This document shows, in pieces, positions 28,758-42,377 of a stretch of 64,000 nt of DNA. The notes under the pieces are model-generated. The model made no database searches. It was not told the DNA's origin and was given only the letters and a program-made list of their open reading frames with translations. Position 1 is the first letter of the stretch; every line of letters begins with the position of its first letter. Source of the stretch: Malacoraja senta (taxonomy: Eukaryota); NCBI GenBank assembly GCA_038087875.1, contig CM075988.1, positions 1,240,001 to 1,304,000 on the forward strand. The letters run 5' to 3'. Position numbers and translations under genes: made by a program.

Positions 28758-29437
28758 AGGGCCTGTCCCACGGCCATCATTTACGTGACAGGCCATTAGT
28801 GACTGACGCGCGCGTCATCATGCGTCCACACAGCCGTCTGGAGCGCGTGACGTCATTTGAAGATAGACACAAAATGCAGGAGTAACTCAGCGGGACCGGC
28901 AGCATCTCTGGAGAGAAGGAAAGGATGATGTTTCGGGTCGAGACGCTTCTTCAGTCTGAAAAAGGGTCTCGACCCGAAACGTCACCCATTGCTTCTCTCC
29001 AGAGATGCTGCTGGTCCTGCTGAGTTACTCCTGCATTTTGTGTCTATCTCCAATCGTCTTGGTCCCGCTCTGGGGGTAGGAGTGGGGGCGGATCCGGATC
29101 TGCAACGGCCGTGAGCCCCAGGCCGAGCTCGGCGATTGTTTGCCTGCTTCTGCTGCTGTTGGAGGTGAAACGCGCCAGGGTCTTGGGCCTGTCCCACTTT
29201 GGCCGTCAGTTACGCGACAGGCTGGTGGTGCGTGAAGATTTAGTACAGGACGAAGTCCACACTCCTCCACGCCACTCCACTCCACACCACTCCACACTCC
29301 TCCACTCCACACCACTCCACACTCCTCCACGCCACTCCACACTCCTCCACACCACTCCATGCGCCCGTCCCGAGCTACCCACGCGCTAGCAGGTCGTGTA
29401 AATGGCGCGTGAATGACGGCCAAGTGGGACAGCCCCT
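28758..29437. mobile_element. PIF/Harbinger-type MITE containing a palindromic Penelope-end insertion
   Basis: TIRs AGGGCCTGTCCCAC and GTGGGACAGCCCCT, with flanks TAA and TCA. The TIR is the same as at 42521-43047. Confidence 0.65.
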
Positions 29438-29750
29438 TCAGATTCTCCCACTCACGGTGGGGGAGGGGCAATTTACAGAGGCCAATTGACGTAGCAACCT
29501 ACCATGAAGGGTCTCAACCCGAAACGTCACCTATTCCTTTTCTCCAGAGATGCTGCCTGACCCATTGGATTACTGCAGCATTTTGTGTCAGTCTAACATG
29601 GCTTGTGGGAGGAAACGGAGCACTCAGAGGAAATCCACACAGTCAGAAGGAAAACGTGCAAACTCCACACACAGTCTCCGAGATCAGAATTGAACCGGGA
29701 TCTCTGGTGTGTTTTTATAGCTGTGCCATTGTGCTGCCCTACAATAACTT

Positions 29751-30060
29751 GGGTGGCACAGAGGTCCAGCGGCAGAGTTGCTGTCTCACTGCACCAGAGT
29801 CCCGTGTTCGATCCTGACTACGGGTGCTGTCTGTACGGAGTTTGTATTCTCTCCCCGTGACCGCGTGGGTTTTATCCAGGTGCTCCGGTTTCCTCCCATG
29901 TTCCAAAGACATTCAGGTTTGTACGTTCATTAGCTTGGTATAATTGTAAATTGTCCCTAGTGGGTGTAGGATAATGTTAGTGTGTGGGGATCACTGGTCG
30001 GTATGGACTCAGTGGGCCGAAGGGCCTGTTTCCACACTGTATCTCTAAACTAAACTAAAC
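29751..30060 (+). mobile_element. tRNA-derived SINE (HE1-like)
   Basis: Head GGTGGCACAG..., B-box GTTCGATCC, CR1-like 3' end GGGCCGAAGGGCCTGTTTCC and a (CTAAA)n tail. Confidence 0.8.
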
Positions 30061-33000
30061 TCCATGTCAACCCAACTTTAGATTAGAACAAGCTCTGGAA
30101 AACGGTTTGTGGCATAGAAACAAACAACTGCAGGTGCTAGAGTAACTCAGCGGGTCAGTACCATCTCTGGAGAAAAAGGATGGATGATGTTTCGGGTTGG
30201 GACCCTTCTTCAAGTTTTTAACCTGATTTTATGTTGTGCTTCCTGCTCTGTTTGCACAGTGCAGATGCTGCTGTTGACCTGCCTGAGGGCAAGGTGTGTT
30301 GGGATTTATACGTCACAAGGAGGTGTAGTTTTGATGTGGACTGGTGTAACTCACGGTTACAAAACATCATGGATGTAAATGTAAACCTCAATTGCTGGAA
30401 ATCGGAAACAAAAACAGAAAGTGCTGGAAACACTCAACAGGCCAGGCAGCGTCCGTGGAGACGGCTCCTTCCAGCATCCGTGTTCTGATGAAGGATCAGC
30501 CTTCACCATTACCTGGTGGTCTCCTCACACATCCCGTCCAACCAGGCTGCCAGCACTGTCTGACTTTGTGAGAAAACACCAGACAGACACTCGGCTCACC
30601 CATGTTTTTAGAGAACATACTCAAGAACATCCAGCATTAGGCCTGACCACCCACACAACCAGGACCCTTCTCTCCAACTGCCCCCGACGCCCACAGCCCA
30701 CCCATCACCTGCCCACAATCCCCAGCACAACTGCCCTGGCACTCCCCTTGTTCCCATCCCACAGAACTTAGATTTCCCTCCTCCATTTCTCCCCTTTCCC
30801 CATTGATCCGTCCACACCTGTGTCTCCCGTGTCTTCTGAAGCCCCTTGTCAAACCGGCGGGGGGGCTGCCAGCTGCCCCATGCGGAGTCAGGCCCACTCC
30901 ACCGCTGTGAGAAGATACAACCGTTCAATAAACCTTTTGTAACTTTGTCGGCGCCAGAAACAAGGTGACTTTTTGTGTACTGCCGAGGTGAGGTCAGGCC
31001 TGCTGTAGGATGCACCAGATTGTAGGCAAAAACAAAGACTTTCACTGCACCAGGTACACATGACAATGTATCGTGGAACGTGCGAAGGGGGGGGGGGGGA
31101 GAGATGATGGGGTTGAGGGGGAGGGAGATGGGGGGGGGAGGGAGATGGGGGGGGGGGTGGGGGAGAGAGATGATGGGGTTGAGGGGGAGGGGGATTGGGG
31201 GGGGGGGAGAAGACGCTGTGCCTCTGCTGAAGGAAGAAGCTCTAGACCAGCCCAGTGAGGGACACAGGTTGTGTAACCATGGCAATGATGAGCATGTTGG
31301 GACCATCAGCTGGCTGTGTCTGAACTCCAATGGTGAGACTTTCAGTACAGGTGCCTTCCTCCTGCCCTGACATCACTGATAACAGAGCCCTTGACTGCAT
31401 TTCATCCATTTTCTCTCAATCTCCTCTCCCCAACACAGAACTCAAGGTCCCTGGTTCTTGTCTTCCACTCCACCAGCCTCCACATTCAACAAACTGATCC
31501 CCAACATTTCCAACAGATCCCCTTGAAAACTAAAGGACTTTTAATCTCAAACATCTCTGGTTCTGCATTAGTGCTTCCAGCATTGAGTCATTCTTTCTTC
31601 TGCCTTTAACCATACAGCACAGAAACAGGCCCTTCGGCCCACCATGTCCATGCCAACATTTACCCATCTACACCAACACCATTTGCCTGCATTAGGACAA
31701 TATGCTCCCATGCCTTGCTTGTTTGTGCCTATCTCAATGCCTCAAACAATGATTGCAGCCAATTCCACCTATATCCAGACGATGGCAAGTGGACGCTGGG
31801 TCACCAGACGACACACAGTGGAGGTGGACATTCCAGCTGCTTCTGATGGTCTACAGCAGCTCTTCAGTGGCCAGCTCCAAGCACCTACATCCATTCTGAG
31901 CGTGTTTTGTGTACGTGTAGACCACACTGCATGGAGGGTGTCGTCAATGTGCTGGGGAGGAGGGTGTTGGTGCCTTGCGATTGTGCACTGATCACATTTA
32001 GCAATCCTGCTGTGGCAGGTCAAGGGGTTTATCTCTTGGTGGGGACCCAGTCTAGCAGCCTAGTCCTTCATGGCTTGGGTCAGTGATTGTGCAGTGGCCA
32101 CCACAAGCCCCATCTAGATCACATCGTGAACTTGCTGGACACAGATTCATCAGCTGAAGGAGGTCTGAATATTGAGGGAGGACCCACCATTACCGAATAG
32201 TGAGAGGCTTGGATAGAGTAGATGTGGAGAGGATGTTTCCACTAGTGGGAGAGCCTAGGACTAGAGGTCATAGCCTCAGAATAAAAGGATGTTCTTTTAG
32301 GAAGGAGATGAGGTGGAATTTCGTTCATCAGATGGTGGTGAATCTGTGAAATTGCCACAGAAGGATGTGGAGGCCAAGTCAATGGATATTTTTTAAGGCA
32401 GAGATAGATTCTTGATTAGTGCGGGTCAGAGGTTATTGGGAGAAAGGAGGAGAATGGGGTTAGGAGGGTGAGATAGATCAGCCATGATTGAATGGGCTTG
32501 ATGGGCTGAATGGCCTGATTCTGCTTTTATCACTTGAACTTGTGACTCCAGATGGCAATGAGGAGGATCATTGCCCACACGTGACCCGAGGCTGTTGGCA
32601 CTCAATGTTCAGCAGTGCCAACACTGACCGGTGCACGAGGGCACGGAGCTCAATGCTGTGCACTGCCCACCATGGGGACAGGACCTTCCCAGAGAGTCTG
32701 CCAACAGCTCCGGCTACTGACCCCAGTCCCTTGGTGCCCATGAGGACTTTGTGAGACTGACTGGGTCAGTTGTGTCTGCGAATGCTGTAAATTCTGGTCT
32801 CTGGGTTGATGGACCTTGGGCGAGGGTTGCTAGTGCAGAAAGGTTTCGCTGTCAATGGGGAAACGCCAGGGGAACGGTCTGTAATAAAACAAATGCGTGG
32901 TAACATTTCACAACAGTCACTTCATCTGTCCTGGAATATTCGTGTCAAAACAACACTGGCAAAGCTGGAGAACAAGATCAACAGGGAAATTTGTCAAACC

Positions 33001-33975
33001 TCTAGTGACCTTAAAGACGGAGCACAAGGAACTGCAGATGCTGGAATCCTGAACAAAACACAAAGTGCTGGAGGAACTCAGCAGGTCAGGCAGCATCCGT
33101 GGAGGGAATGGACATGTGACGGTTCAGACCAGGACCTTTCTTTAGACTGAAGATGAGTGAGGGGGCGGTGGAGCTGAGAGAATGACCAGTGTGGCAGCAT
33201 CAGGACTTCCCTAGACTCTGAACCCAGCCATGCATCACCAGCAGCAGCACCAACTGAGCCCATGGTGAATCTGTGGAATTCATTGCCACAGAAGACTGTG
33301 GAGGTCATCAATGGATATTTCCAAGGCAGAGATAGATAGATTCTTGATTAGTACAGATGTCAGAGGAGGGAGAGATAGATCAGCCATGATTGAATAGCGG
33401 AGTAGACTTGATGGGCCAAATGGCCTAACTCTACTCCTGTCACTTATGAACTTGCCAGAGAATCGATTTCACCAGCAACGGTAGACAGCTGAACACTGGC
33501 CGGAAACAGTACCATGGTTATGCTACATCCTCCTAGGATTTGGACAGCTTCATGTTTCACCCTGGCATTCATCTGTCAGAAAATGACATTGAGTGCTGGA
33601 GTAATTCAGCGGGTCAGGCAGCATCTCGGAGAATACGGATAAGTGACGTTTTGGGTCGGGAAACTTCTGCAGACTGGTTGTAGTGTCTCGACCCAAAATG
33701 TCACTTATCCATGTTCTTAGAGATGCTGTCTGACCCGCTGAGTTACTCCAGCACTTTGTGCCTTTTTATGTATTAACCAGCACCTGCAATTCCTTGTTTC
33801 TACATTAGTTTGTCATCTCTGTCCCTGTGGCAGCAGCCGTGTGGGTAGGGATTACATGCGGGGGTCTCCACTGATCCCTGCATTAGTCCTGGATGACCAC
33901 AGCACAAACAGCGGACCCCCCCAACCCACCCGCCTCGAGTGACGAGAGAGAAGCAAAACACTGCAGCTGCCTAAA

Positions 33976-34277
33976 GGGCGGCACGGTGATGCAGAGGTAG
34001 AGCTGCTGCCTCACAGCACCAGAGACCCGGGTTGGATCCTGACTATGGCTGTTGTCTGTAAAGAGTTTGTACGTTCTCCCTGTGACCGCGTGGGTTTTTG
34101 GCCGGGTGCTCCCGTTTCCTCCCACACTCAAGACATGCAGGTTTGTTCGTTAATTGGCTTGGTATAAATGTAAATTGTCGCTTGAGTGTGTGGGATAGTG
34201 TTAGTGTGCAGGGATCAGTGCAAACTCGGTGGGCCGAAGGGCCTGTTTCCGCGTTGTATCTCTAAACTAAACTAAAC
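33976..34277 (+). mobile_element. tRNA-derived SINE (HE1-like)
   Basis: Same structure as 29751-30060. Confidence 0.8.
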
Positions 34278-36330
34278 TCTCAAAGAAACCAAATTGCTGG
34301 AGATAGTCAGCAGCGCTTGAGCAGGAAGGGCCCGGGTTTCATATTTCAACTTTCGTTACAAAGGTTATCAACCAGAAGTGAAACTTCTCGCCACACTGCT
34401 CAGCTGACTCGCTGAGTATTTCCCAGCATTTTGTTTTTAATTACGAACAGAAACTTGCCAGGTTGTAAACTTCAGGTGACTCAGCGGCACCTGCAGAAAG
34501 CCGTTTATCCTTGCATCACGGTTCACTATTACTCATCTGATTTGGTTTCGAAGACATGGATGGTTCATTTCACTGATCCACCCCCACTGTGCCCAAATCT
34601 AGCGACATCAGCCGTGAGTCACGGTCCCAGTCCCAGTCTCGTCCCAACCCATCCACACTCACTGCTGGAGGAGGAGATAAGCAAAACCAGGAGCAAGAGA
34701 CTGGGAACTAACACCTGGGCCTCAACACTGTTTACACTCAGAACACAGAACAGCACAGGAACAGGCCCTTCAGCCCACAACATCCGTGCCCTGACATGAT
34801 GCCAAGTTAAACTAATCTCCACTGCCTGGCCGGGATGACATTTCCACCCTCGACAATTGACTAAACAAAAGCCCGAGGGAGATGGTGGAGTCACTGGGAC
34901 ATTGTCCTTCACAGCTGGTAGAGCTGCTTTCCGAGTGCACACATTTAAGAAAAGTTTCACCCGTCTTATTTTTATCCTGATATGAAAATCGAGCAACTGA
35001 TGATCACTCTTCACCAGCGACCCTTCATCGCAGATAACAAACCGTATTCCACAATACCCGATCTGAACATTGCTGTTCCTGGGTTCTGGGACCAGCTCTA
35101 CATATGCACACAGCTCATGGTTAATTAATTAATTTGATTTGTCCAAACTATAAAATGCAAGTTACCCACCAGTGCCATTCTCCCTCTAATGTCATGATCT
35201 CATGCCCACATGCCCACTAAACACCCCCTCCCCAGTCATTCCTCTATCCCCAGGGGTACTTTATACTGACCAGTTGGCCCATCTTTGGGATGTGGGAGAT
35301 AATGGGGGCATTGGGAATCCCTGTGGTCACAGGAAGGTCTGGTGGGGAGGGTTGTAGTCACAGCAGCTCTGCCTGCTGTCAACAACTGTCAAAGCCATTA
35401 CGTACATCTATGTCCACAACAACCCTCACTAACTCCTACAGATGCACCACAGAAAACATTTGTCAGGATGTATCACAGCTTGGTTTGGGAACAGCTCCAT
35501 CCAAGACCACAAGAAATTGCAAAGATTTGTGGATACAGCCCAGACCATCACACAAACCAACCATTGGTTCCATTGACTACACCTCTCGCTGATTCACCAA
35601 GGCAGCAGCATAATCAAGTCTCACCACACTCCCATCAAGCAAGAGATACAGACGTGTGAAACACACCTCCAGATTGGGGGATAGTTTCTTCCCGGCTGGT
35701 CCGTCCTCTCACCAGCTAGAGTTCGGTCCTGACCTCCCAGTTACCTCTTTAGAGTCCTTTGAACTATCTTTAATCATACTTTATCTAGCACTAAACACTG
35801 CCCCCTTTACTCCTTATCTGTGTACAGCTTGATTGTATTCTTGTGTGGTCTTTTCTTTGACTGGATAGCACGTGAACAAAAGCTTTTCACTGTACCTCGG
35901 TACACATGACAATAATAAACTAAACACTCTCTGCAGCAGAGAGGGGTGAGTGCCTGTGGTCAGTGCCCACACCCCGACTTCCCAAAGCCACCCCAGTATC
36001 GACCACCACAGGGGGTGGGGGATTGTGAATGGAATGCCTTCATTCAGTCCAGCCCAGCCTGGTTCACTGTAACGTAAGTGAACGTTTAAAAACTACAGGT
36101 GCTGGATATCCACACTGAACGTCTCTAGTGGAGGACTTGTCTCTGGTGGAGGACTTGTCCAATCTGACCCTTGGCATGTCCTCCAGCTCTTGACGTTCCC
36201 ACCACCACGGTCTCTGTCCCTGTTCTCATTCTCTGAAGAAGACTCAGAACGTCACCTATTTCTTTTCTCCAGAGATGCTGCCTTACCCGCTGAGTTACTC
36301 CAACATTTTGTGTCTATCTCCCATTCATTG

Positions 36331-36530
36331 NNNNNNNNNNNNNNNNNNNNNNNNNNNNNNNNNNNNNNNNNNNNNNNNNNNNNNNNNNNNNNNNNNNNNN
36401 NNNNNNNNNNNNNNNNNNNNNNNNNNNNNNNNNNNNNNNNNNNNNNNNNNNNNNNNNNNNNNNNNNNNNNNNNNNNNNNNNNNNNNNNNNNNNNNNNNNN
36501 NNNNNNNNNNNNNNNNNNNNNNNNNNNNNN
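36331..36530. other. Assembly gap (200 N)
   Basis: Run of N. Confidence 1.
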
Positions 36531-36802
36531 GATAGAGATCGGTAGAGACCGATGTCAGGAAGCTCCAAATGACGGAGAAGGTTCGACCAGCCCCGACCCG
36601 GGGTCAAGAACGCCTGGTGCGGGGGAGCTGAGATTCCCCCCTGATGCAAGAGCTTGATCGCCCCGATGTGAGGACCCCAAACGTCGCCAGCTACGGGAGC
36701 CAAGATCGTCCCGTCAACGGAAGGCTGGAGCATAAAGAAGGGAAGAGATTAAACTTTTTTTAGCCTTCCATCAAAGTGATTTATTAAAGCTTAACATGTG
36801 AA

Positions 36803-38316
36803 TCTATCTATATCTATTCATAACTAAAACTCTGATCTTGTGCTCTTCCGGTTTGCGGTTTTTTTCTATTTGCGCAAAACCGGTATGCGATAGCGGTACG
36901 ATTTTTTCGCCAGGTTACTCACCATTCTGTGCTGCGAGTGCAATAAGTTTCATTCCGATCGGTGGTATATTGTAAAAGTTATCGAAGTTTAAAAATCTTA
37001 AAAACCGCGTGTGCCACACGCAGTCAGCGCCACGCAGATTGGTCTCTTCTCCTGTCAGTCAATGCCACGGCCGAGATGGCGATGCCCCATCCTGCACTGC
37101 TGCAGCCCGTCCCACCTCACTTACAAACTCCTCTCACCCACCCTCAGTAACTTGTCCACCACCCCCCGCGGTGGTGGCCGCGGGGGGGTTCAGTGGAGGC
37201 CCTGGTCCCGTCTCTCTCTCCCTCGTCACTCACCCCTCTCATCCACCCGCCCTCTGCGGCAATGGTGGTCCCGTCTACCCGTCCCCCCGGGTCCGTCTCC
37301 TCCGCTGACACCGCCATTGCGGTAACTCACCCTCACAGCCTTCTCGGAGATTTTCTCCACCAGCTCACTCGTGGTGCCCACGAACACCAACTCCATCCCC
37401 GCGGCCCGGAGGCGGCAGTGAGCAGGCAGGCAGGTAGGCGAGTGGGCAGGGCGAGGACAGGCCGAGTGACGTCTGAGCTGGAGTGGGTTGAGGGAGGAGG
37501 GAGAGTCGGGATGCAGGGTGGCCAGGCAGTTTGTGCGGAGCTTGAATAATTCGCAGACACACACACACACCCACACACCCTCGCACACACACACACACAC
37601 ACACATCCTCGCATACGCACACACACACACACCCACACACGCCCTCGCATACACACACACACACAATGCAAACTGGTCCAATCTTCAAGTCAAGGGATCT
37701 AAACCACAGCTAACAATGAATGACCTGTGGTGGAAGGAACTGCAGATGCTGCTTTTTATGGATGGAGGGAGGGAGTGACAGAGGGTGGGGGAAAGGAGAG
37801 GGGGGAGGGGAGGAGAGGGGAAATATCCTGGGGAGGGGAGGAGGGAGAATGGGGGGATTGAGGGAGTGGAAGGGGTGGAAAGAGGGGGAAAGTGGGGAGG
37901 TGAGGAGAGTGGGGAAGAGGAGGAATAGAGGGAGACGAGGGGAGGAGTGGGGGAGAAAGGGAGTGGGGAATAGAGGAGAGGAGGGCAGTTGGGGAGGTCA
38001 GGAGGGATAGCGGGGGGATAGAGGGAGGTGAGGAGTGGGGAATAGAGGGATAGGAGGGTGTAGGGAGGGAGGGAGTGACTGAGGGTAGGGAAAGGAGAGG
38101 GAGGAAGAGGTGATTGGGAGGGGAGGAGGAGAGGGGAAAGAAGAGGGAGGGTGAAGAGGAGGAGGAAGGAGTGCTGGGGTTGGGGAAATGAGCAGCCCCT
38201 GCGCAGTTGGGGGCTATGGGTGAGTGGTGGAATATTGCATTGGGAATGGATTGCGTTGGGGACAGGGACCCAACGGTGGGCCCTGTCTCCCGTGTGACAG
38301 GGCCCACTTAGTCTTG
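36803..38316 (+). mobile_element. Non-autonomous Helitron
   Basis: 5' end TCTATC..., and a 3' hairpin region followed by CACTTAGTCTTG (CTAG in the sister copy at 60355). It is inserted between A and T with no TSD in GTGAA^TAACT, and the empty site is seen inverted near 39268-39277. Confidence 0.7.
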
Positions 38317-40060
38317 TAACTCTTAAAATATAACAACAATTTAACGTTAAAGATGAGATTCATTCAGTCCAATCTTTCTTGTTGCGTCTCTTGTTGCATT
38401 CTGCAGCGGGGGGATGGGGACGGCTTCAGCCGGTGCCTTTCGTGGGCCGGTGGGGGGGGAGCGCTGCTGTGGACTACCACTGCCGTGGCCTATCGATGTC
38501 TACCGCAGTCACTCCCCATTGGATTCAGGCGGGGACCGGTGGGGGGAGAGCGTCGTGCAGCGGGGGAGAGGGACGGCTTCAGGCGGGGGGTGGAGGGGAG
38601 TGTCCTGTAGCCGGGGGAGGGAGATGGCTTCAGGCGGGGGCTGTCGGCTGCAGATGGGGCCTCCCCACCCCACACCACACCCTCCCCACCCCACACCCTT
38701 CTCCCACCCACTCCTCCCCCTCCCCCTCCACTCCCACACCCTTCCCTCTCACACACCACTCCCCTCACACACCCCTCCGCCCACACCTCCCTCCCCCACA
38801 ACCCCCTCCCCCCACAACAACTTCCCCACACCCCCCTTCTCCGCACACCCTCCCCCCCAACACCCCTCCCCCCAAATCCCACATCGTTCCCCCACCCCCT
38901 AACCCCCCCTCCCCCCTAACCCCCTCCCCCCACCCCCCCTTACCCCACCCCCCCTTACCCCACCCCACCCTTACCCAACCCCCCCTCCCCCCTAACCCCC
39001 TAACCCCCCTCCCCCCACCCCCCCCAACCCCCCTTACCCAACCCCCCTCCCCCCACCTGAAGCCGTCCCTGTCCCCCAGCTGCAGGACATTTCCCCCTCC
39101 ACCGGCCCCCGCCTAAAGCTATCCCCCTCTCCGGGTTGCAGGACGCTCCCCCCCCCCACCGGCTCCCGACTGAAGGGCGGTGGGAAGCGGCAGCGTTAGG
39201 CAACAAGAGATGCAAAAAGGAAAGAATGGACTGAATAAATCTCATCTTTAACGTTTAAATTGTTGTTAAGTTATTCACATTTTAAGCTTTAATAAATCCC
39301 GTTTCCACTTGCCGTGCCCGTCAGCTGCGCCTGCGCAGTAATACCTGCGTGTTCCACGGCACAATGGGAAACTAATGGGCGGGAATGTCCGCGCCGCTGG
39401 AGAGCTGCGAAGAGTAGATGGGGTTTGAGGGGGGATGTAGTGAGTGCAGCATTCTCCCTCCCACCCCCATTGGCCTCGACAGCCCCCGCCTGAAGCCGTC
39501 CCGTCCCCAGCTACAGGACACTCCCGCCCCACCAGCACACGCCTGAAGCTGTCGAATCCCCAGCTGCAGGATGCTCAATGGTGGGGAGCATCCAGCAGTG
39601 GGACGGGACGGCTTTAGGCAGGGGCCGTGGGGGGAGCGACCTGCAAGTGGGGGAGGGGGACGGCTTCAGAGGGGGCTGTTGGGAGCCGGGTGGGGGAGCG
39701 TCCAACAGCGGTAGGCCACGGCAGCGGCTCCCACTGAACCCTGACAGGCCCCGTGGGACTGGGGAGCTGCCTCAATGACTAACATCTGGGAGCTCCTCCA
39801 CTGTAATCAAGAGCTTCCACAGGACGATTATGCTTCAGAAACTACCTGGATCCAATTCAGACAGCCTGTGGCCACAACAGATCAGTGGTACACACACTGA
39901 CTCTCCACGCTGCCCTGCACTGTGGGATAACAGGGACACATAGATCAGGCTGCTTGCTGTTCATCGACTACAGCCTGGCCACTTAACACTATGATCCCCT
40001 CCATTTTGCATATTTTTGATTCATTGTTCTTTATCTCTCTGCATTATCATCTATCCCTCC

Positions 40061-41708
40061 CTTCTTCTTCTTCTCTCATGTGTCTTTTAGACCTGCAGCT
40101 CCGTTGAGGCGAGCCAGGCCACGTGTCATCGTCCAGGTCAATCAGACCTCGTTCACCATTCGGTGGCCGTGTTTGGGGCAACTGGTGACTATGTGCTCCA
40201 CTGTCTGTTGGGTCCCCACACTCGCGGGAGGCACTCGCTGTCCACGAGGCCCCACCTCTTCATCGCTACTCCATAGCGTCCGATGCCTGTCCTCAAGAAC
40301 TGCTTTCGGGGCAGTCCTGGCCAGGGACGTCCATGGGGTCATCGATGTAATGGTGTAGCCTAGATGGTTCCGCTGACTTCCACTGGTCTCTCCATCTCGT
40401 CTTGACCCAGGCAGCCTTAGAAGCGTCAGCCGGTGTTGTGCAGAGCAGCTCTTGGGCTTGCGTGGCAAAGGGGTGCCGTGACTTGAGGCGCACTCGTCGT
40501 GGTGTCTCTGTGACGATCTGATGGAGGAGGTGGGATTCACTGGTCTGTGCCTTTCGAGAGAGGGCCAGCGTGGCTGCTTCTCGTCTGATGTTGGCTGGGG
40601 CGATGCCAGCGAGGACGGGCAGTTGGTTTACTGGGGTGCTCGTAGGCATCCGGAGACAGTCCGCAGGGTGCTGTTGAGGGCAGCATCCAGCTTCTTGGCG
40701 TGAGGGCTACGGCACCAGACTCAGCGGCTGAGAACACCAGGGTCACTGTGGTGCCGGCTAGGCGGCGAATCAGTGCGGCACGGGCGATTGTCTTTGCCTT
40801 GGCACCTTCCAGGTGTTGTTTGAATGACAACGTTCTGTCGAGCTTCACACCGAGGTACGTGGGGCCAGGCTGGGACCGTAACCGGGCGTTATCCACCATG
40901 ACGTTCATCTCGCGGACGCTTCCTGTTGTTGAGGTGGAACATTGAAGATGTTGTCTTACCCCTGCTGAGCTTGAGGCGCCAGTTCCTCAGGTATGAAGAC
41001 AGGATGTTCATGTCTTCAGAGAGGCCCTCTTGTGCTGCTTCCCAGGATGGCTTACTAAGTAGGATGGCCAGGTCATCAGCATAGCCATACTTCTTTGACT
41101 GGGTTGCAGGCAGTCATGGATATAGATATTGAACAGCATTGGTGCCAGCACTGAGCCCTGTGGGACGCCGTTCTTAAGTTTCCTCACCCTGCTGCATTTC
41201 CCGTTGCTGTGTGTAGCCTGAAGCTACGGTTGCTCAGCATCTCCATGATGAAGCTCACCATGTGCTTGTCTGGGATGTTTTCCAGAAGCTTCATGTGAAG
41301 TCCAGCAGCCAGACAGTATCATATGCAGCTGTGAGTCCAAGAAGACAGCGCCAGCCTTCTCCCCTGCCTGGAAGCTGTCCTCTACGTCTTGGCACAGGAG
41401 GGTCACCTGGTCCGCCGTTGACCTACCGCCGTGGAAGCCAGTCTGTTCTTTAGGCAGCTGGGGGTCGATCACAGATTGAGACGTGTGTGGAGGAGACGTT
41501 CCAGGAGCTTGTATGGAACACACAGCAGTGAGATGGGTCGGTATCCCTTGGGGTCATCGCTAGGCTTGTTTGGCTTCGGCAGAGCGATCACCTTGGCACG
41601 GCGCCAGATCTTTGCTGCTTCAGGCAGCGAAACACGTGGAGAGGAAGGAGCACAACCAGTCAGTTGCCTTCTTGCCTTGGTGTTTATGTATTCCGGGTGG
41701 ATGCCGTC
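40061..41708 (-). mobile_element. Ingi/Vingi-like non-LTR retrotransposon, 5'-truncated and degenerate
   Basis: EQTGF..GRSTADQV, KNGVPQGSVLAPMLFNIYI, YGYADDLAI, YLGVKLDRTLSF, C-terminal QTVEHIVTSCP and a (GAA)n tail. The clade assignment comes from motif recollection. Confidence 0.7.
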
Positions 41709-41716
41709 GGGGGGGG

Positions 41717-41760
<44 letters not shown>

Positions 41761-42377
41761 CTATCTATTTATTTATTGGCAGACATGAATTGTGCTGTGT
41801 ACTAACTTCGAGTGCTGTCTGTATGGAGTTTGTACTTTCTCCCAGTGATCACCTGGGATTTTTCTGGGTGCTCCGGTTTCTTCCCACATTCCAAAGACAT
41901 ACAGGTTTGTACATTAATTGGCTTCTGTAAATTGTCCCCAGTGTGTCGGGTAGAACTAGTGTACAGGGTGAGCATTGGTCGGCAGTCCCCACTATGTCGA
42001 CTAATTGGGCCAAAGGTCTGTTCCACGCTGGGTGTCGTTCGTTAGTTGAAACGATAACAAGCAAGTAAACACCAGAAGTTTAATGAATAGTTCTGTCTTT
42101 AAATTGAAAGTGAGGGGAGAGCACGAATGCAGTCGCCACCACCACAATGTGCAATGGAGGATCCCACATTTGGGGACACGGCAGGCGGCAGCAGCTTTGC
42201 AGTGTAATGGGAAGCCTCAGCCTGGGTAAGCAGTCGCTGTGATCACTGACCCGACCCTGCCAGGTAAGTATGGCCCACACTGCCGCTCATACCCAGCCAA
42301 CCGCAAACATTTCCTCAGCATGAAGCAACGCTTTAACTATTCAAATGTTATGTTCCAGTTGAAGCGTCCAGCAACAG

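Noticed and set aside
29751..29830. tRNA gene
   Set aside because: The tRNA-like head continues into a SINE body and CR1-like tail, and there are multiple diverged copies.
30400..35300. Possible host-gene exons in less repetitive DNA
   Set aside because: The ORFs are short, with no recognisable homology or consistent splice pattern. Small exons cannot be excluded without RNA data.
36190..36733. ORFs spanning the N run
   Set aside because: Artefact of the assembly gap.
37720..39245. Pro/Ser/Gly-rich ORFs up to 245 aa (also 30608-31370)
   Set aside because: They arise from low-complexity C/G runs and show no domain or splice structure.
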